A stretch of DNA of 64,000 nucleotides from Octopus vulgaris (taxonomy: Eukaryota), in NCBI GenBank assembly GCA_951406725.2, contig OX597825.1, positions 64,666,001 to 64,730,000 on the forward strand. The letters run 5' to 3'. Shown here piece by piece: positions 12,865 through 27,051 of the stretch. Positions within the stretch are counted from its first letter, which is position 1; the number at the start of each line of letters is the position of its first letter. The notes beneath the pieces are model-generated. The model did not search any database. It was given only the letters and a program-made list of their open reading frames with translations, and had not been told where the DNA came from. Both the position numbers and the translations under genes were made by a program.

Positions 12865-13610
12865 CTGTGGATGCAATCAAAAAACAAGAGCAAAAAAAGA
12901 ATAATAATGGCAGACTTTTCAGGTCGGGATGAATGTGAAGATGTTATGCCTCGCTTTGGTATTGTTTAGTGAATACAGCGAGCTTCGTAGTATTTTGTAG
13001 CCAGGTTGTTTAGTCTTTTGCTTATGAATTCCTGACAGATTTTCTTTGCTAGACCCTACCCCACTCTTTCGATCCACTCCTCTTTCACTCCTTCTTGTTT
13101 TTCTTTTCGAATTATTATTATTTTTGTTTTTACTTACGTACTTACCTACATGCACACGTTCATTAGTTTTTGCAGTACGTATTACTACTATTATAAGTGA
13201 GAAATATTGCTTCTATCTATCCAGCTATCTAAACAATTAACAATTTAAGAACGCATCTAGATGTTTATATACTCAAAATCTCATTTTCTCTCTCTCTCTC
13301 ACCCACACTCTCCCTCTTTCTCCCCCTCTCTCTCTATTTATATTCCTATATATGTGTGATTATGTGTCCTAGGTACTAAGTACGATATCAGTTTGATTCA
13401 CATGGTTCAATAACATATTTTATATATTGAAACTTCCAATACTACAACAATATTATTTTGTTCACTACCTTAAAACTTGGAAGTGCGACGCAAAGACACC
13501 AGCAGAATATGCTCCAGACTTACATAAATGCTGATTGAAATCTATTTAATAGACAAAATTCTTCTATGCTCGAAGTCGGAATACTGTAACAAGTAATATA
13601 TATGTATGTC

Positions 13611-13643
<33 letters not shown>

Positions 13644-15984
13644 ATGTGTATGTGTGTGTGTGTGTGTGTGTACAAGTGTAGGAGTACCTACTCTATTCGA
13701 AATTATATCTATTTCTCTCTTTCATTTGCTAACCATCTGCCTATCTCACTCCCTCTATTTCTATTTATTTATCTATTTTTTTTACATATTCATCTCTTAA
13801 AATAATACATTCGCTAGTTTCCTCTTATAAGAAATATTAGAAATATTACCTTTTGTATCCATAACTGTTCACACGGTTACTCAATAACAGTGAGTTCAAG
13901 GCCACCCGGAGTTATGCATTTGTCTATTGATTCAACATTGCATCTGATCAGAAACAGATTTACAAGCTTGAAATTCTTACGAGTCGATAATTTGTCGTCT
14001 CAGCTATACATGAAGTTTGTAATTTCTACTCCGAAGTATATTATTGAAGCTCGATTTTGTAATATTTTTCATTGAAGATTACTATATACTGAAACTGAAG
14101 ACAGTTGGTGTAATTTACTAAACAATACTTTTCCTTAGATCAAGGGGAGTACAAAACGTTTTTGTATATGTACCGTGATCGAATGTGACTCCAAGGTTCA
14201 CGGAAGTACAGTTTCGGTCTGTAATTCAATTAGGTTTCTGTTTTATATGTGATACATCAAAAACATACATAAATCATATCAGGTTTTTAACGAATAATCC
14301 ATTTTCATATACTGTTCGTCTTTTTATCTTTCACGGCGTAAGTGTACCTTGTTTGACATAGTTTTACTCCAGGAACTTACTCAGCAAGAAAACAGGCCAT
14401 GGAAAGACAAATAAGATTTGGCTTTTTACAAGTACACCAAGTATTTGCAGATTTATATGTATTAATAACATCGACAGTAAATGCGGAAGTCTCTACATGG
14501 TACCTCTAACTTCCTCATATGCTATAATATTAATAATATCGTCTTAAATGAAAAGAAAAATTTGAAATTGGCCACCCAAAATGGTTTAACTACTCAGAAG
14601 AATTTGAAAAATCAGCCAGGGTTGGAAAAAATATCTTTGGATCTTAATCTGTTGCAATCAAAGTTTACATGGGGGGAATAACGACAGTCAATACTAATAC
14701 AACTACATATACTTTGATTATATTGGTACTTTCATGCTAGATGCCGACATTGATTATATGAAACATAGTTCTTGTTAAACATTGTTCATTGTAATCAAGG
14801 ACTAATGGAGTACCGCTTTTCAAATAGTAATAAGAATTAAGAGGCCTTCGTCAGTTTATATTCGACGTTGCGTGAGATCGGGGAAAACAAAAAGTAACTT
14901 CTAAAACGAAATTGCATGCTTAGTTACATGTATTCTACGTTGAATCACAAACGACAAAGATCAATGTGAATTACAATATGGCGTAAGTTGATATCAGCCA
15001 TTAATCGACCAGTCTAAAACTTTTTCCGTCAATATAATAGTTTCTAGTTTGGGTGATTTGTCAGAAGTAGACGGACGAAGGTTAGAATGGCAACGTTTTA
15101 ATTGATATTTCAATTTATAAACATATCACAGTGAAAAGGCTAATCAGTTAAAGCTGTTCTAATCTGTAATCTCCTAAAACCTTACTGCATTATCTGATTA
15201 GGTCCTTAAAGCATTGCAGTGAATTTTAGAGTGTTTTCTTTCTCTGAACAGAGCGGAGCAGATTTCAGCTTAAACATCTAATACAGAAAGCCTACTGTAA
15301 TAATATTAATAATAATTATGACAATAATGGCTGCCGTTAAAACAAAAGGTCGCCGAAGATGATAAAGATAAAAATGTTGGGGATAATAATGATGAGGAGG
15401 AAGATAAGACTATGATGATGATGATGTTGATGATGACAAAGATGAATATCATAATGATGAAATTTGAAATAATTTCTTTTGACTGAGATGCTACAGGGCA
15501 ATATCGATTAAATTATTTCTAGTATGTTTTTGTTATTTTTCTCATCTATGTTGAAGCTATTTATTTTATCATATCAGAGGACATGAAAGACCAAGATGAC
15601 CCCCGACTAGATTTGAAATCACAAATTTGCTGGACGAAATTAAAAGCAATAACTCTTTTAGTCCGATGCTTCATGGTTTCTGCCCTCTGTACACCAATAA
15701 TAATAATTTCTTTTGACATTCTTTTTCATATTTTCTATCGAATAACACCGATATAATTGAAAATGCGGTTGCCTTGCTTGCTAGCACATATCAAAATAAT
15801 GAACCTCTGCCAAATGTTGTAAGACACTGAAACACTCATTAGGTTTATAGTATCACTGCTGTTAATAGAAGTTGAGCCATGATTTGGTACAATCTTGCAT
15901 TTGAATGAGTTAAATGTTGGATGTAGACTCGGACGCCAATAGTATAGAGTAACTTTCTTCTAACTAGTTTAATATCCGCGACAG

Positions 15985-16036
<52 letters not shown>

Positions 16037-16129
16037 GGATGGATGGATGGTTGGAGAGAGAGGTAGATAGATAGATAGATAGATAGATAAATAGATAACC
16101 AAAATTACACCACGCTTACGGTGTTACCT

Positions 16130-16527
16130 TTTTACTTGTTTCAGTCATTTGACTGCGGCCATGCTGGAGCACCGACTTTAGTCGACCAAATCGACTCCAG
16201 GACTAGGACTTATTCTTTGTAAGCCTAGTACTTATTCTCTAGGTCTCTTTTGCCGAACCGCTAAGTTACGGGGACGTAAACACACCAGAATCGGTTGTCA
16301 AGGGATGTTAGTGGGGAAAAAAAACACAAACACACACATACATATATATATATATTTATATATACGACGGGCTTCTTTCAGTTTCCGTCTACCAAATCCA
16401 CCCACAAGGCTTTGGTCGGCCCAAGGCTATAGTAGAAGACACTTGCCCAAGTTGCCACGCAGTGGGACTGAACCCGGAACCATGTGGTTGGTAAGGAAGC
16501 TACTTACCACACATCCACTCCTGCGCG
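16130..16527 (-). mobile_element. Full-length family B (CORE-like) SINE
   Basis: Minus-strand head gcgcaggagtggatgtgtggtaagtagc...ccgggttcagtcccactgcgtggcaacttgggcaagtgtcttct, internal (TA)/(TG), conserved 3' part. Confidence 0.9.
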
Positions 16528-17103
16528 TTGTTTAAAATAAGTTATGACTGGTTGTTAGAAAGTTAAAATCGGGCAGCTATTCTGTCCCGTTAGAATATAT
16601 CAATCGGAATTTTTCACCAAATATTCACAGGAATTACAGAAAGTAAACGCATGCACACACGTATAAACTATGCTACACTACAATAATTAGGTTTTGAACG
16701 AGTCAGTGAGTGTGATTCTATGCGCTGTTTTTAAACTTGAAATACACATGACCATTAACAGGGCCATCGAAAATTATAGGATGGAAGCAGAGAAATATTC
16801 TTGAACTGAAGCTCGGCTTCAAAACCTTACAATAGAGTGTACTCTGGTTAAAGGAACCGAGGACAATGTCTTCGTGTTAAAACGTGCGAGGGATTAAGCC
16901 GGACATCAAGGTAAACGAAGGCTGTATTACACATTCTACTGAAAAGCAACATGCAAACCAACCTTATACAACTGTTTGCTGATTACCAGGTGGTTATGCT
17001 TCTAACGCCTTTGATCATAGAGCTAGATGGTCTTTCACAATACAACACAAACACTAAATCATTTTGAGGTAAGAATATTTCTATCCGAGCGTTCTTTGTT
17101 CTC

Positions 17104-17182
<79 letters not shown>

Positions 17183-19229
17183 AGAGAGAGAGAGTTTATT
17201 CTTTCTCCGTGATGTTATTTAGACTGCAAACATTAAACTCGTATCTGTATGAATTCCTGAAGCAAATACCGGTGCGTTCGATTAATAGACGGTACATTAA
17301 AAGCAAAAATCAAGGAAACGGAGGATCAACTTCAGCAAAAAGCAATTGATAAACATTTAAAATTTGAGCAAAGTCGTACGCCGTTGAAAGAATAAAAATT
17401 ATGCAAGGTCCTTATTTGGGGAAAATATGTATTTGGATTTATGTTGTATTTTAACAAATATAATATTTGATCATAAGCGAAACCTCATCATTTACGTGTC
17501 GGCCCCCAGTTGACGAAAAATTGCCCATCACTGCTTTATACGATATTATTATTTGATCAGAATACTTGTTAAATTGGCTCCTGAATATGTAGAAGGACCT
17601 CGAACTCGCCTAAGATCACCTCAGCTTCAATGATACAAGCTTCTCATATCAAAGATATAAATAAAAATCTTCAATCAAAGTTTCGGGTTCATTTATGTTC
17701 CAACTTAATAATGACAGTTATTTGACTAAATTCTTTATTTTCAAAATTAATTGGAATCAGTGTTGCAACAGTAAAAAGAATTGTAAATGCGTTACCTACA
17801 GAAAGTTTGTTCAATTTTACAATTTACGGTTAATGTGTTCCCTGGGATATCAGCAATTTACATAACTACAGTGTATCGAATCACTTCATGTGTTTGGTCA
17901 TTCATTACCATAAAGGAGGATAGGTTAACTGATCCATAACTGAAAAGGGATGGACATTCAACATTATTTAAAACCAATCATCTTTAAATTATTTCCTTAT
18001 AAACATACTTCGAACTGGTATGTATTATTAGTTACACATAAAACAAATGTTTTTGACGCTTGAAACAATTATTCCACCAGAAACGTATGCCGTTACACTG
18101 AATCAAGAATATTCGTATCATATATCCTTGTTATTTCTGTGCTTATTGCTTACTTTCATTTTTTTCTAAATATCGAGCCGCACCGTTACGTTAATATTAG
18201 CAGTAATAGTATCGGTATTATCATTAATAGGACTATTAATTATAATTGTAGTGCTGGCGGTAGTCTTGTTGGTAATGACAGCTTAGTAATTTGTTTTTAA
18301 GTGTCACGTCCATATACTTAGTTGCGCCATGGGCTAGACGAAAAATAAATTATCGCCATAACTTCCTGTCATTGAAATAGAATATTGAGTTCACGTTCTC
18401 AAGTCGAAAGTTCGAAAGTCTAAATTGTCTGACCTATCACTAGCGGCTCTCATACGTTTACAAGTTAATGTATATATTTTGTAATGACAATTCAATTTTT
18501 AAAAAAATATATATAAAACTATGAATTGTGGTTTATTTAACGGTCTTTATTTATCGAAAACGCTATTGAAATTATCGAAAATATAAGCCTGCAAGTTGTA
18601 TACATTACATGACAGAGTTTGAATTGTAATGAGATGCCTTATGTGTAAGGTTTGATCAAACATATATAAGAATGTTTTCATTTGTTTTTCCCTTACGCAT
18701 TCAAGTATCTTCTCTCCTTTTCATTATTATATGTATTAGCAAACGCACAAATAAAGACACACACATACACATACACACAGAGCACAGCACACAAAATTAA
18801 CCATTAATCCTACTTGTTTGAGCCATTGGTCCCTGACCACACTGGGACACTACTTTAAAAGGTACAGTCGGACAAATCGACACCTGTACGATCTTTTTAG
18901 TTTCGCAGTCAATAGCACTCCCTTTGACGGCCACTCCTAGTATGTATGTATGTATGTATGTATTGATGGATGGATGGATGGATGGTACAGCAGTGCTAAG
19001 CAGGGACGTGTATAAATGCAATCATGTTATTAGTCCAAACATGGATGAGGCATGTTCGAACATATTGAAAGCCGTTTTCGCGGGTTCGAATATGCATGAA
19101 GCTTATGTGAACTGGAACAAATTTGTACATATATACATGTACATACATACATACAAACGTATGTGTATGTATTATGCATGTATGTATGTCTGTATGTATG
19201 TATGTATGTATGTATGTGTGTGTGTGTGT

Positions 19230-19278
<49 letters not shown>

Positions 19279-19293
19279 TGTGTGTATGTATGT

Positions 19294-19337
<44 letters not shown>

Positions 19338-19841
19338 TTAGTCAAGCAGTGGAATTAGTCTTATCTCAGGAGGGAGTAGAGAAGTCAGCCATATTTACTT
19401 TAAGCCAAAGAAATTATGGGTGGCTTAGAAAGTTGCAAAAACTAGGAAGGGTGGAAGTGCAGGAAGGTAAAGTAATCGGTAACAAGTGTTAATGGAGGAA
19501 AAGGATCATACCTACTGTTGACAAAGTAAACGAGACATCAGCAAGTTAAAGAAAAACGCTGAGAGAGAAAAGGAAATTATTGAGAAATATCTTATAAATA
19601 TACAAACACAACACTGGCTTCTGCTACGTTTCCGTTTAAGAAATTGATCCGACCAGTATGCCGCGCAGTGAGACTACATCTGGAATTATTTTGTTGCGCA
19701 GGAAATCTCTTGACCACACAGGCATGCTAACATCTATAAAATTTGGGATGTTATGAATCAACAATAATTCGTAATCGACATTTCATTTTATTTAAGTATG
19801 GTTTGTGTGTCGGTGTGTGTGTGTGTTTTAATTTTTTTGTT

Positions 19842-20000
19842 TTTTACTTGTTTCAGTTATTTGACAGCAGTCATACTGGGACACCGTGGGATATCGCTTT
19901 GAAGAGGTTTAGCCGATCAAATCGCTACAGGACATGTGTTTTCAAACCTAGTACTTATTCCGTCGATTTCTTCTGCCAAGCCACTGGATTACGCCCACAA

Positions 20001-20032
<32 letters not shown>

Positions 20033-20195
20033 GCAACGATCCTTTTCGGTGTCCATCTACCAAATTCACTCACAAGTATTTGGTCGCCCCGAAGCTATAT
20101 TAGAAGAAACTTGCCCCAAACAACCACGCGGTGGGACTCAACCCGGGACCATGTGATTGGGAAGTAAGCTTCTTACTACACAGCTACGTCTGCGC
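19842..20195 (-). mobile_element. Decayed family B SINE
   Basis: ttttacttgtttcagttatttgac...ctagtacttattc...ctaccaaattcactcacaag...acttgcccc..gtgggactcaacccgggaccatgtg..gcgcc. Confidence 0.8.
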
Positions 20196-20241
20196 CTACA
20201 AATACAGACGATCACACGCAAGTTTCTATGCTTTGAAAAGC

Positions 20242-20283
<42 letters not shown>

Positions 20284-20315
20284 GATATATATGAGTGTGT
20301 GTTTGTGTGTGCGTG

Positions 20316-20434
20316 TGTGCAGGAGTGGCTGTGCGGTAAGTAGCTTGCTTACCAACCACATGTCTTCAACTATAGCCACGGGCCCACCAAAGCCTTGTGA
20401 GTGCATTTGGTAGACGGAAACTCAAAGAAGCCCG

Positions 20435-20488
<54 letters not shown>

Positions 20489-20660
20489 ATGTATGCTTGT
20501 GTCTTTGGTGTGTTCACGTCCCTGTAACTTAGCGGTTCGGCAAAAGAACCGATAGAATTAGTACTAGGCTTACAAAGAATAATTACTGGGGTCGATTTGT
20601 TCGACTGAAGGCGGTGCTCCAGCATGGCCACAGTCAAATGACTGAAACAAATAAAAGAAA
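20316..20660 (+). mobile_element. Family B SINE with box B/CORE-start deletion, head-to-head with the previous copy
   Basis: gcaggagtggctgtgcggtaagtagcttgcttaccaaccacatg is joined directly to tcttcaactatagcc; the 3' part is intact. Confidence 0.85.
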
Positions 20661-20756
20661 AGAGAAGACAAGAACGAATATATACTTATGTCTATATGCA
20701 TGTGTGCGTGTATGTAATTGTATATGTATGCGTATGTATACTTATGTATATTATAT

Positions 20757-20810
<54 letters not shown>

Positions 20811-21571
20811 ACATACATACATGCATCATATCAAATTCACACACATATGTATACATACATGTGCAAGTATTTAAATGATTTTGTATATGCATACATATAC
20901 ATATGTAAGAATTTGTGTTTATGTGAAAGCGCAAAAGGGAAGTGGAGGAGGTATCAGTGCATCTCTAGTCTAACACCAGTATATGACACTTCCGGTACCA
21001 AAAAATAAAATTTCAAATACCATTCAAAGATAATATTCCGGAAGTGAATTTTCTATTGCGTCTAATTAGCTTAAAGTTTAAGTTTATGAGAAAGGAAGAT
21101 CCCATGTGCCAATCGTACAATTACAAATATATTTTTTTAGATAGGTTTTCTTTTTAGAAAGAGAATCACAGACATATATTATAATGTCTTTGCTTTCTCC
21201 ATACGTATTTCTATATGATATATCACTTACAAAAGAATTTTATTATAGAAGCAGAACAGTGAAACATTCATAAATTGTTCGGATAAAAGAAATTCTTTAG
21301 CCTTCTGATGACTACGATGATAATAAGCGTTATTTTACAGTTCTTACAATGCCACAATTTTCTGGCGGTGGATCATTATGGCAAAAATTAGTGCTTTATG
21401 TCAGGCAATTTAGCTTTTAAGTCGTTCAAATAAAAGTCAGGCTTGCGGAGAAAAAAAAAGCAAAGAGTTTAAGTGAAACGGGTGTTGAAGCAAATTAGCA
21501 GTTACAAATCCAATATGAGTTACGATGATTCATTCGAGTTCTACCGACATCCTGATAATAATTTATCGCTA

Positions 21572-22175
21572 TAAGGCGGCGAGCTGGCAGAATCGTTAAC
21601 ACACCGGGCAAAATGCTTAGCGGTATTTCGTCAGCCGCTGCGTTCTGAGTTCAAATTCCGCCGAGGTCGACTTTGCCTTTCATCCTTTCGGGGTCGATAA
21701 ATTAAGTACCAATTATGCACAGGGGTCGATGTAAGCGACTTAATCCGTTTGTCTGTCTTTGTTTGTCCCCTCTGTGTGTATCCCCTTGTGGGCAGTAAAG
21801 AAATAGGTATTTCGTCAGCCGCTGCGTTCTGAGTTCAAATTCCGCCGAGGTCGACTTTACCTTTCATCCTCTCAAGGTCGATAAATTAAGTACCAGTGAC
21901 AAACTGCAGTCGGTGTAATCAACTTAATCCGTTTGTCTGTACTTGTTTGTCCCCTCTATGTTTAGCTCCTTGTGGGTAGTAAAGAAATAGGTATTTCGTC
22001 AGCCGCTACATTCTAAGATCAAATCCCACCGAGGTTGACTTTGCCTTTCATCCTTTTTGGGATCGATTAAATAAGTACTAGTTACGGACTGGGGTCGATA
22101 TAATTGACTTAATCCATTTCTCTGTCCTTGTTTGTCCCTTCTATGTTTAGTCCCCTGTGGACAATAAAGAAATAA
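21572..22175 (+). mobile_element. Family A SINE: one head plus three tandem 184-bp units
   Basis: Unit start ggtatttcgtcagccgct at 21622, 21806 and 21990 (period 184). Each unit ends ...aaagaaata. Confidence 0.9.
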
Positions 22176-22796
22176 ATAATTTATCACTAGATTCAGTGAT
22201 TGTTTAAACATTCATATTACCTTTAATTTGCTCTTCATGGTTGTCTTTAAAATTCAGTGACGATCATTTTCAGTTTCAATTAGGAATATTTTGATAATTA
22301 TATTTTTCAATCCATGAGAGCAGCATCAGTGAGAAACATAGTTTCAGTAGAAAATATTAATCTGAATGCATACCTATTTTCTTGTTATCCTGGTACTATA
22401 ACTCGAGGCATTTCTCACATCTTCAATTCCATTCCAACAGTGACAATATCAGAGAGAAAAATGGGGTGTTATCGAGGTTTGCACAGTTGAAAGAAGAATG
22501 TTACTTTTCTGCAAAATAGTTGCCTGCTGATCTTTGAACACTGAATTTGGCCCTTCAGCCTGATAGTAAAATTTAATACAACCAACTTCTTAATCATAGT
22601 TTATAAAGCCATTGTTTTATTTAACCTAATTTTTTTTGCTGACATTAGTTCACATAATCAATCTATTATCTCTCATCTTAGCACACACACATGCACAAGC
22701 ACTCACGGACACACGTACACCTTTCTCTATTTCCCCAGTTCTCTACTTTCACTTTTACCAAATTATCTGATTCTGTTTCCGTGTCATATTCGTCAC

Positions 22797-22871
<75 letters not shown>

Positions 22872-23046
22872 CCCCTTTTCTATCTCTCTTGCATCTCTAT
22901 ATCTCCTTTCGCAGCTCTACATCTCGATCAATTTTTTTGTATTTCCTGACTGTTTAACTAACCACCTACCCATGTATGTATGTATGTATGTATGTATGTA
23001 TGTATGTATGTATGTATGTATGTATGTATGTATGTATGTATATATG

Positions 23047-23093
<47 letters not shown>

Positions 23094-23502
23094 GAGCGAG
23101 GGAGAAAATAGATAGGTATAGATATAGATAAGTAGACAGATATTTGTTTAACCAACCACCTACCGAACGTCATATCAATATGCTTTTAGGAAATCTTAAT
23201 ATACGTGCACCAATATGTGTGTCGGTCTTTGTGTGATATATGTAATTTTGAAGACTATAATGTCAGCGATGTTAGTGCTTTTAAGAAATAACAGAGAACA
23301 AGTAGTTGACAGTTCAAAATGCATAAAAGAATTGTGACAGAGGCAATTGACTCACGAAACAAAGCGAAAAGGTAAGAGAGTTCAACAACAGGAGATAAAT
23401 GTGTAGCTTTGCTATATCAATGGTATCCGACAAGCGTAGTAAATGTAGTAAAATCAACACAGGCATTAGCTATACATGCGAGCATATATGTGTATGAATG
23501 TG

Positions 23503-23544
<42 letters not shown>

Positions 23545-23764
23545 TATGTATGTATATAAGATTTTCAGTTTTGCTTACAAAAATATATTACGTAAGGAAG
23601 AAATGCTCATAAGAATCGACCCATTTCATTATTGTATCATATTCTAATATAACTTAAAGGTGAAGACGATCTTCAGATTTCTCTGCAGCGTATAACTCGA
23701 AACTATATATCAACATATAAATATTACTTTCTCTCTTTCTATTTCCTCTGTCTCTCTGTCTCTG

Positions 23765-23800
<36 letters not shown>

Positions 23801-23801
23801 A

Positions 23802-23841
<40 letters not shown>

Positions 23842-24021
23842 TATATATATATGAGTGTGTGTGTGTGTGTGTGTATACTTTTGCTAATGAATATAAATTC
23901 GCAACTTTAGTTTAAACCTGATGATTGTTTAAATAAAAATGTCCCCTTTTTCTCCTCACATGCATTTATGTAACACACACACACACACATATGTATGTAT
24001 GTACATATACACGCATTTATT

Positions 24022-24073
<52 letters not shown>

Positions 24074-24129
24074 AGTGTGTGTTTGTGTGTGTAAGATTGT
24101 GGTTGTAATACACATAAAATACTCTTGAG

Positions 24130-24173
<44 letters not shown>

Positions 24174-24700
24174 ACATTCATACATTTGGTATATGACTAT
24201 ATGATGTGTTTTTAGTCAGTTTTAACTTCTAAATCTAGCATGATGGTATCTCTCCAGTATCCTTAAGTATAATTATAATTATTTAATCATATATCTATAG
24301 TAATTATTACCTATGCGGTGTTTTTTTTTCCATGCTGGATACTTGTTATTTTCATTATTTTAGATAATGGTCTTATCCTCTTTATATATAAATATACATT
24401 CATACATGCACAAACATATGAAGCAGTTTCGTATTGTACCCAACTGTATTTTCTTTATCTCATCGTTAGTATAAATAAGCAAATATAAGAATCCTTGGAA
24501 ATCCCGAAGTCCAACAACTTTCATTTGTAGTGGGAAGTATTTCGTAACAGCATTTTTAGTTTCTGCATTAAACTTTATTTGTTTCACACGCTCATCTTGA
24601 GGCTTTGACCTCCACATAAACCGTGTCAATTTCTCACAATCTCTAAGTATGTAAATGTTGAATTACTGTAATAGTACAGATTATTTACCGAGCTTCAATA

Positions 24701-24951
24701 CACAGGGTGATCCAAAATTAGATATGCAGTTTCGAAAAAACAAAATACATAAATACTCATTTATTTTTATCAAAAAAATTAAATTTATGATAAAAGTATT
24801 ATTGTAGTTATGATAAATGCATTATTATGATTAATGACACTGAAACTATCAAAAATGATGCTAATTTAATGTGCTAATCATTTTGATGAATTAAAACATT
24901 ATAACATTGATGTAATACTTACTGTATGCCTAATTTTGGACTTGCTGCATG
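24701..24951. mobile_element. Tc1/mariner-like MITE (old)
   Basis: TA-CACAGGGTGATCCAAAATTAGATATGCAGT at 24699-24730 against ACTGTATGCCTAATTTTGGACTTGCTGCATG-TA at 24921-24953: imperfect TIR with TA flanks. Confidence 0.55.
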
Positions 24952-25411
24952 TAATTATGCTGGAAGAGACATGGCGTTGCCCAATTTATATTGCCATTCG
25001 CAAACTAAGTAGAATATTTCGAAAAAAATACAGAATTGCTATGTTCCTTTCACTTTTGAATTCAAATGAACTTCAACGCAGCTTTTTTTCTATTTACTAA
25101 AGAACCAATTTAAAGGGAAACAGAAGTTTAAATACATAGCTGCAACATTCCACAGACATTTCAATTTTTAACATATGCACCAATGATACTTAAAACTTTA
25201 GCATAAACATCCCACCATGTGGGACTTGCCTAGGTGACCTATTATCATGTATGATTCATCTAATCATCTTCTGCACGATTTCCATCGCTCATATTCTATC
25301 CACAAGGCCCGGATGGACCCGTGAATGCAGTTTTAAGGAAGTTACTTTGAAGTGAAGTCGAAACCAATGTTTCAGAATTTCAAAGGCAACTTACCACCTT
25401 AACCAAAAGGC

Positions 25412-25716
25412 CATCTGAGCGTCTCCCTCACTCTGAATCATAACTTTCTCACAGTTGTTTGTGTTTGTGTTTGACGGTATGTGTGTATGTGTGGGTATGT
25501 GTATGTGGAGGCTATGTGTTTGCGTATGTGTGTATTACTGTTTGTTGGTTTAAAAGCATCGGTTTGTTTACCTGTTTTAATCACTAATTAGTGCTTAAAA
25601 CAGGTAGGCAAACCATTACTTGTAGACCAACAAAGTGATACACACACATACAAAAATATCCACACACTAACTACTGTGAGAAAGTTATGACCCAGCGTGA
25701 GGGAGACTCTCAGATG
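25412..25716. repeat. Palindromic fold-back element (MITE-like)
   Basis: ~43-bp terminal IR (catctgagcgtctccctcactctgaatcataactttctcacag / ctgtgagaaagttatgacccagcgtgagggagactctcagatg), (TG)/(CA) arms, and a near-perfect central stem at 25561-25614 centred on cactaattagtg. Confidence 0.85.
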
Positions 25717-26339
25717 ATTTTCTGTAGCCTTCGAATAGATTGTTTTGGGGAAAAGGGCTGTCCTTGGTGATTGGTGATATTGACTCTGTTAATGGTTTAT
25801 CAGAAGGGCAGCAAATTAATTATTGCATGTAAGAACATTAGTATGGAGGGATTCTAAAGTGCTAACGTTTTGGGGAACAAGGTTTAGTTAGTAGTGCATT
25901 ATGCAAAATGGAATATAAAAAGAATAAGCTGTGTAAATTTGTTTTAGTATAAGTGGCATGAGATCAGCCATTTCCATGAAAGAGTAAAGGTTTGTGTAGT
26001 AGGATAGAGAAATACAGAGAGATGACACATGTTTGTGTGATACACGCTGAATTTTGTTGGTGAGCGCTAATGGTTTTCAGGACTAAGGGTTCTGGTACTA
26101 AGTTAAATATATAGAGAAAGTATCACAGATTATTGGGACAGTGAAGAAAGATAGTGAAACTCTAACAATAAAGTCATGTGAAGCGGTCTGAGACAGAAAG
26201 GTGGTGGTGGTGGGGGGGTAATAATTCAAATAGAATTAAAAAGGACAAGTCTTAAAGTTAGGAACGAGTGAAAGAGATGGAGAGTCTCATGAACAGATAA
26301 AGTAAAACGGGGTGACAGAGAGGGAAAGAGATAGAGCGG

Positions 26340-26379
<40 letters not shown>

Positions 26380-26506
26380 AAATAAGAAAGAGAAAAAGAG
26401 TGAGTAGGGCACAATTTGAGTGGGAGTAATAGAAGATATAAGTGTTAAGTAGATAGAAAAGGAGAGGTCTGAGAGTGGAACACATTGAGCGGATGGAACA
26501 ATGATT

Positions 26507-27051
<545 letters not shown>

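Noticed and set aside
13860-15060. Possible very old Tc1-like remnant (DLNLL...TWG at ~14640-14678)
   Set aside because: The similarity is too weak to call without an alignment.
17270-17533. hAT-like terminus (ttgcccatcactg, i.e. CAGTGATGGGCAA on minus)
   Set aside because: The matching opposite TIR and an 8-bp TSD were not found.
21622-22175. Regularly spaced repeats resembling a CRISPR array
   Set aside because: Whole 184-bp units are repeated with no unique spacers, there are no cas genes, and the context is eukaryotic.
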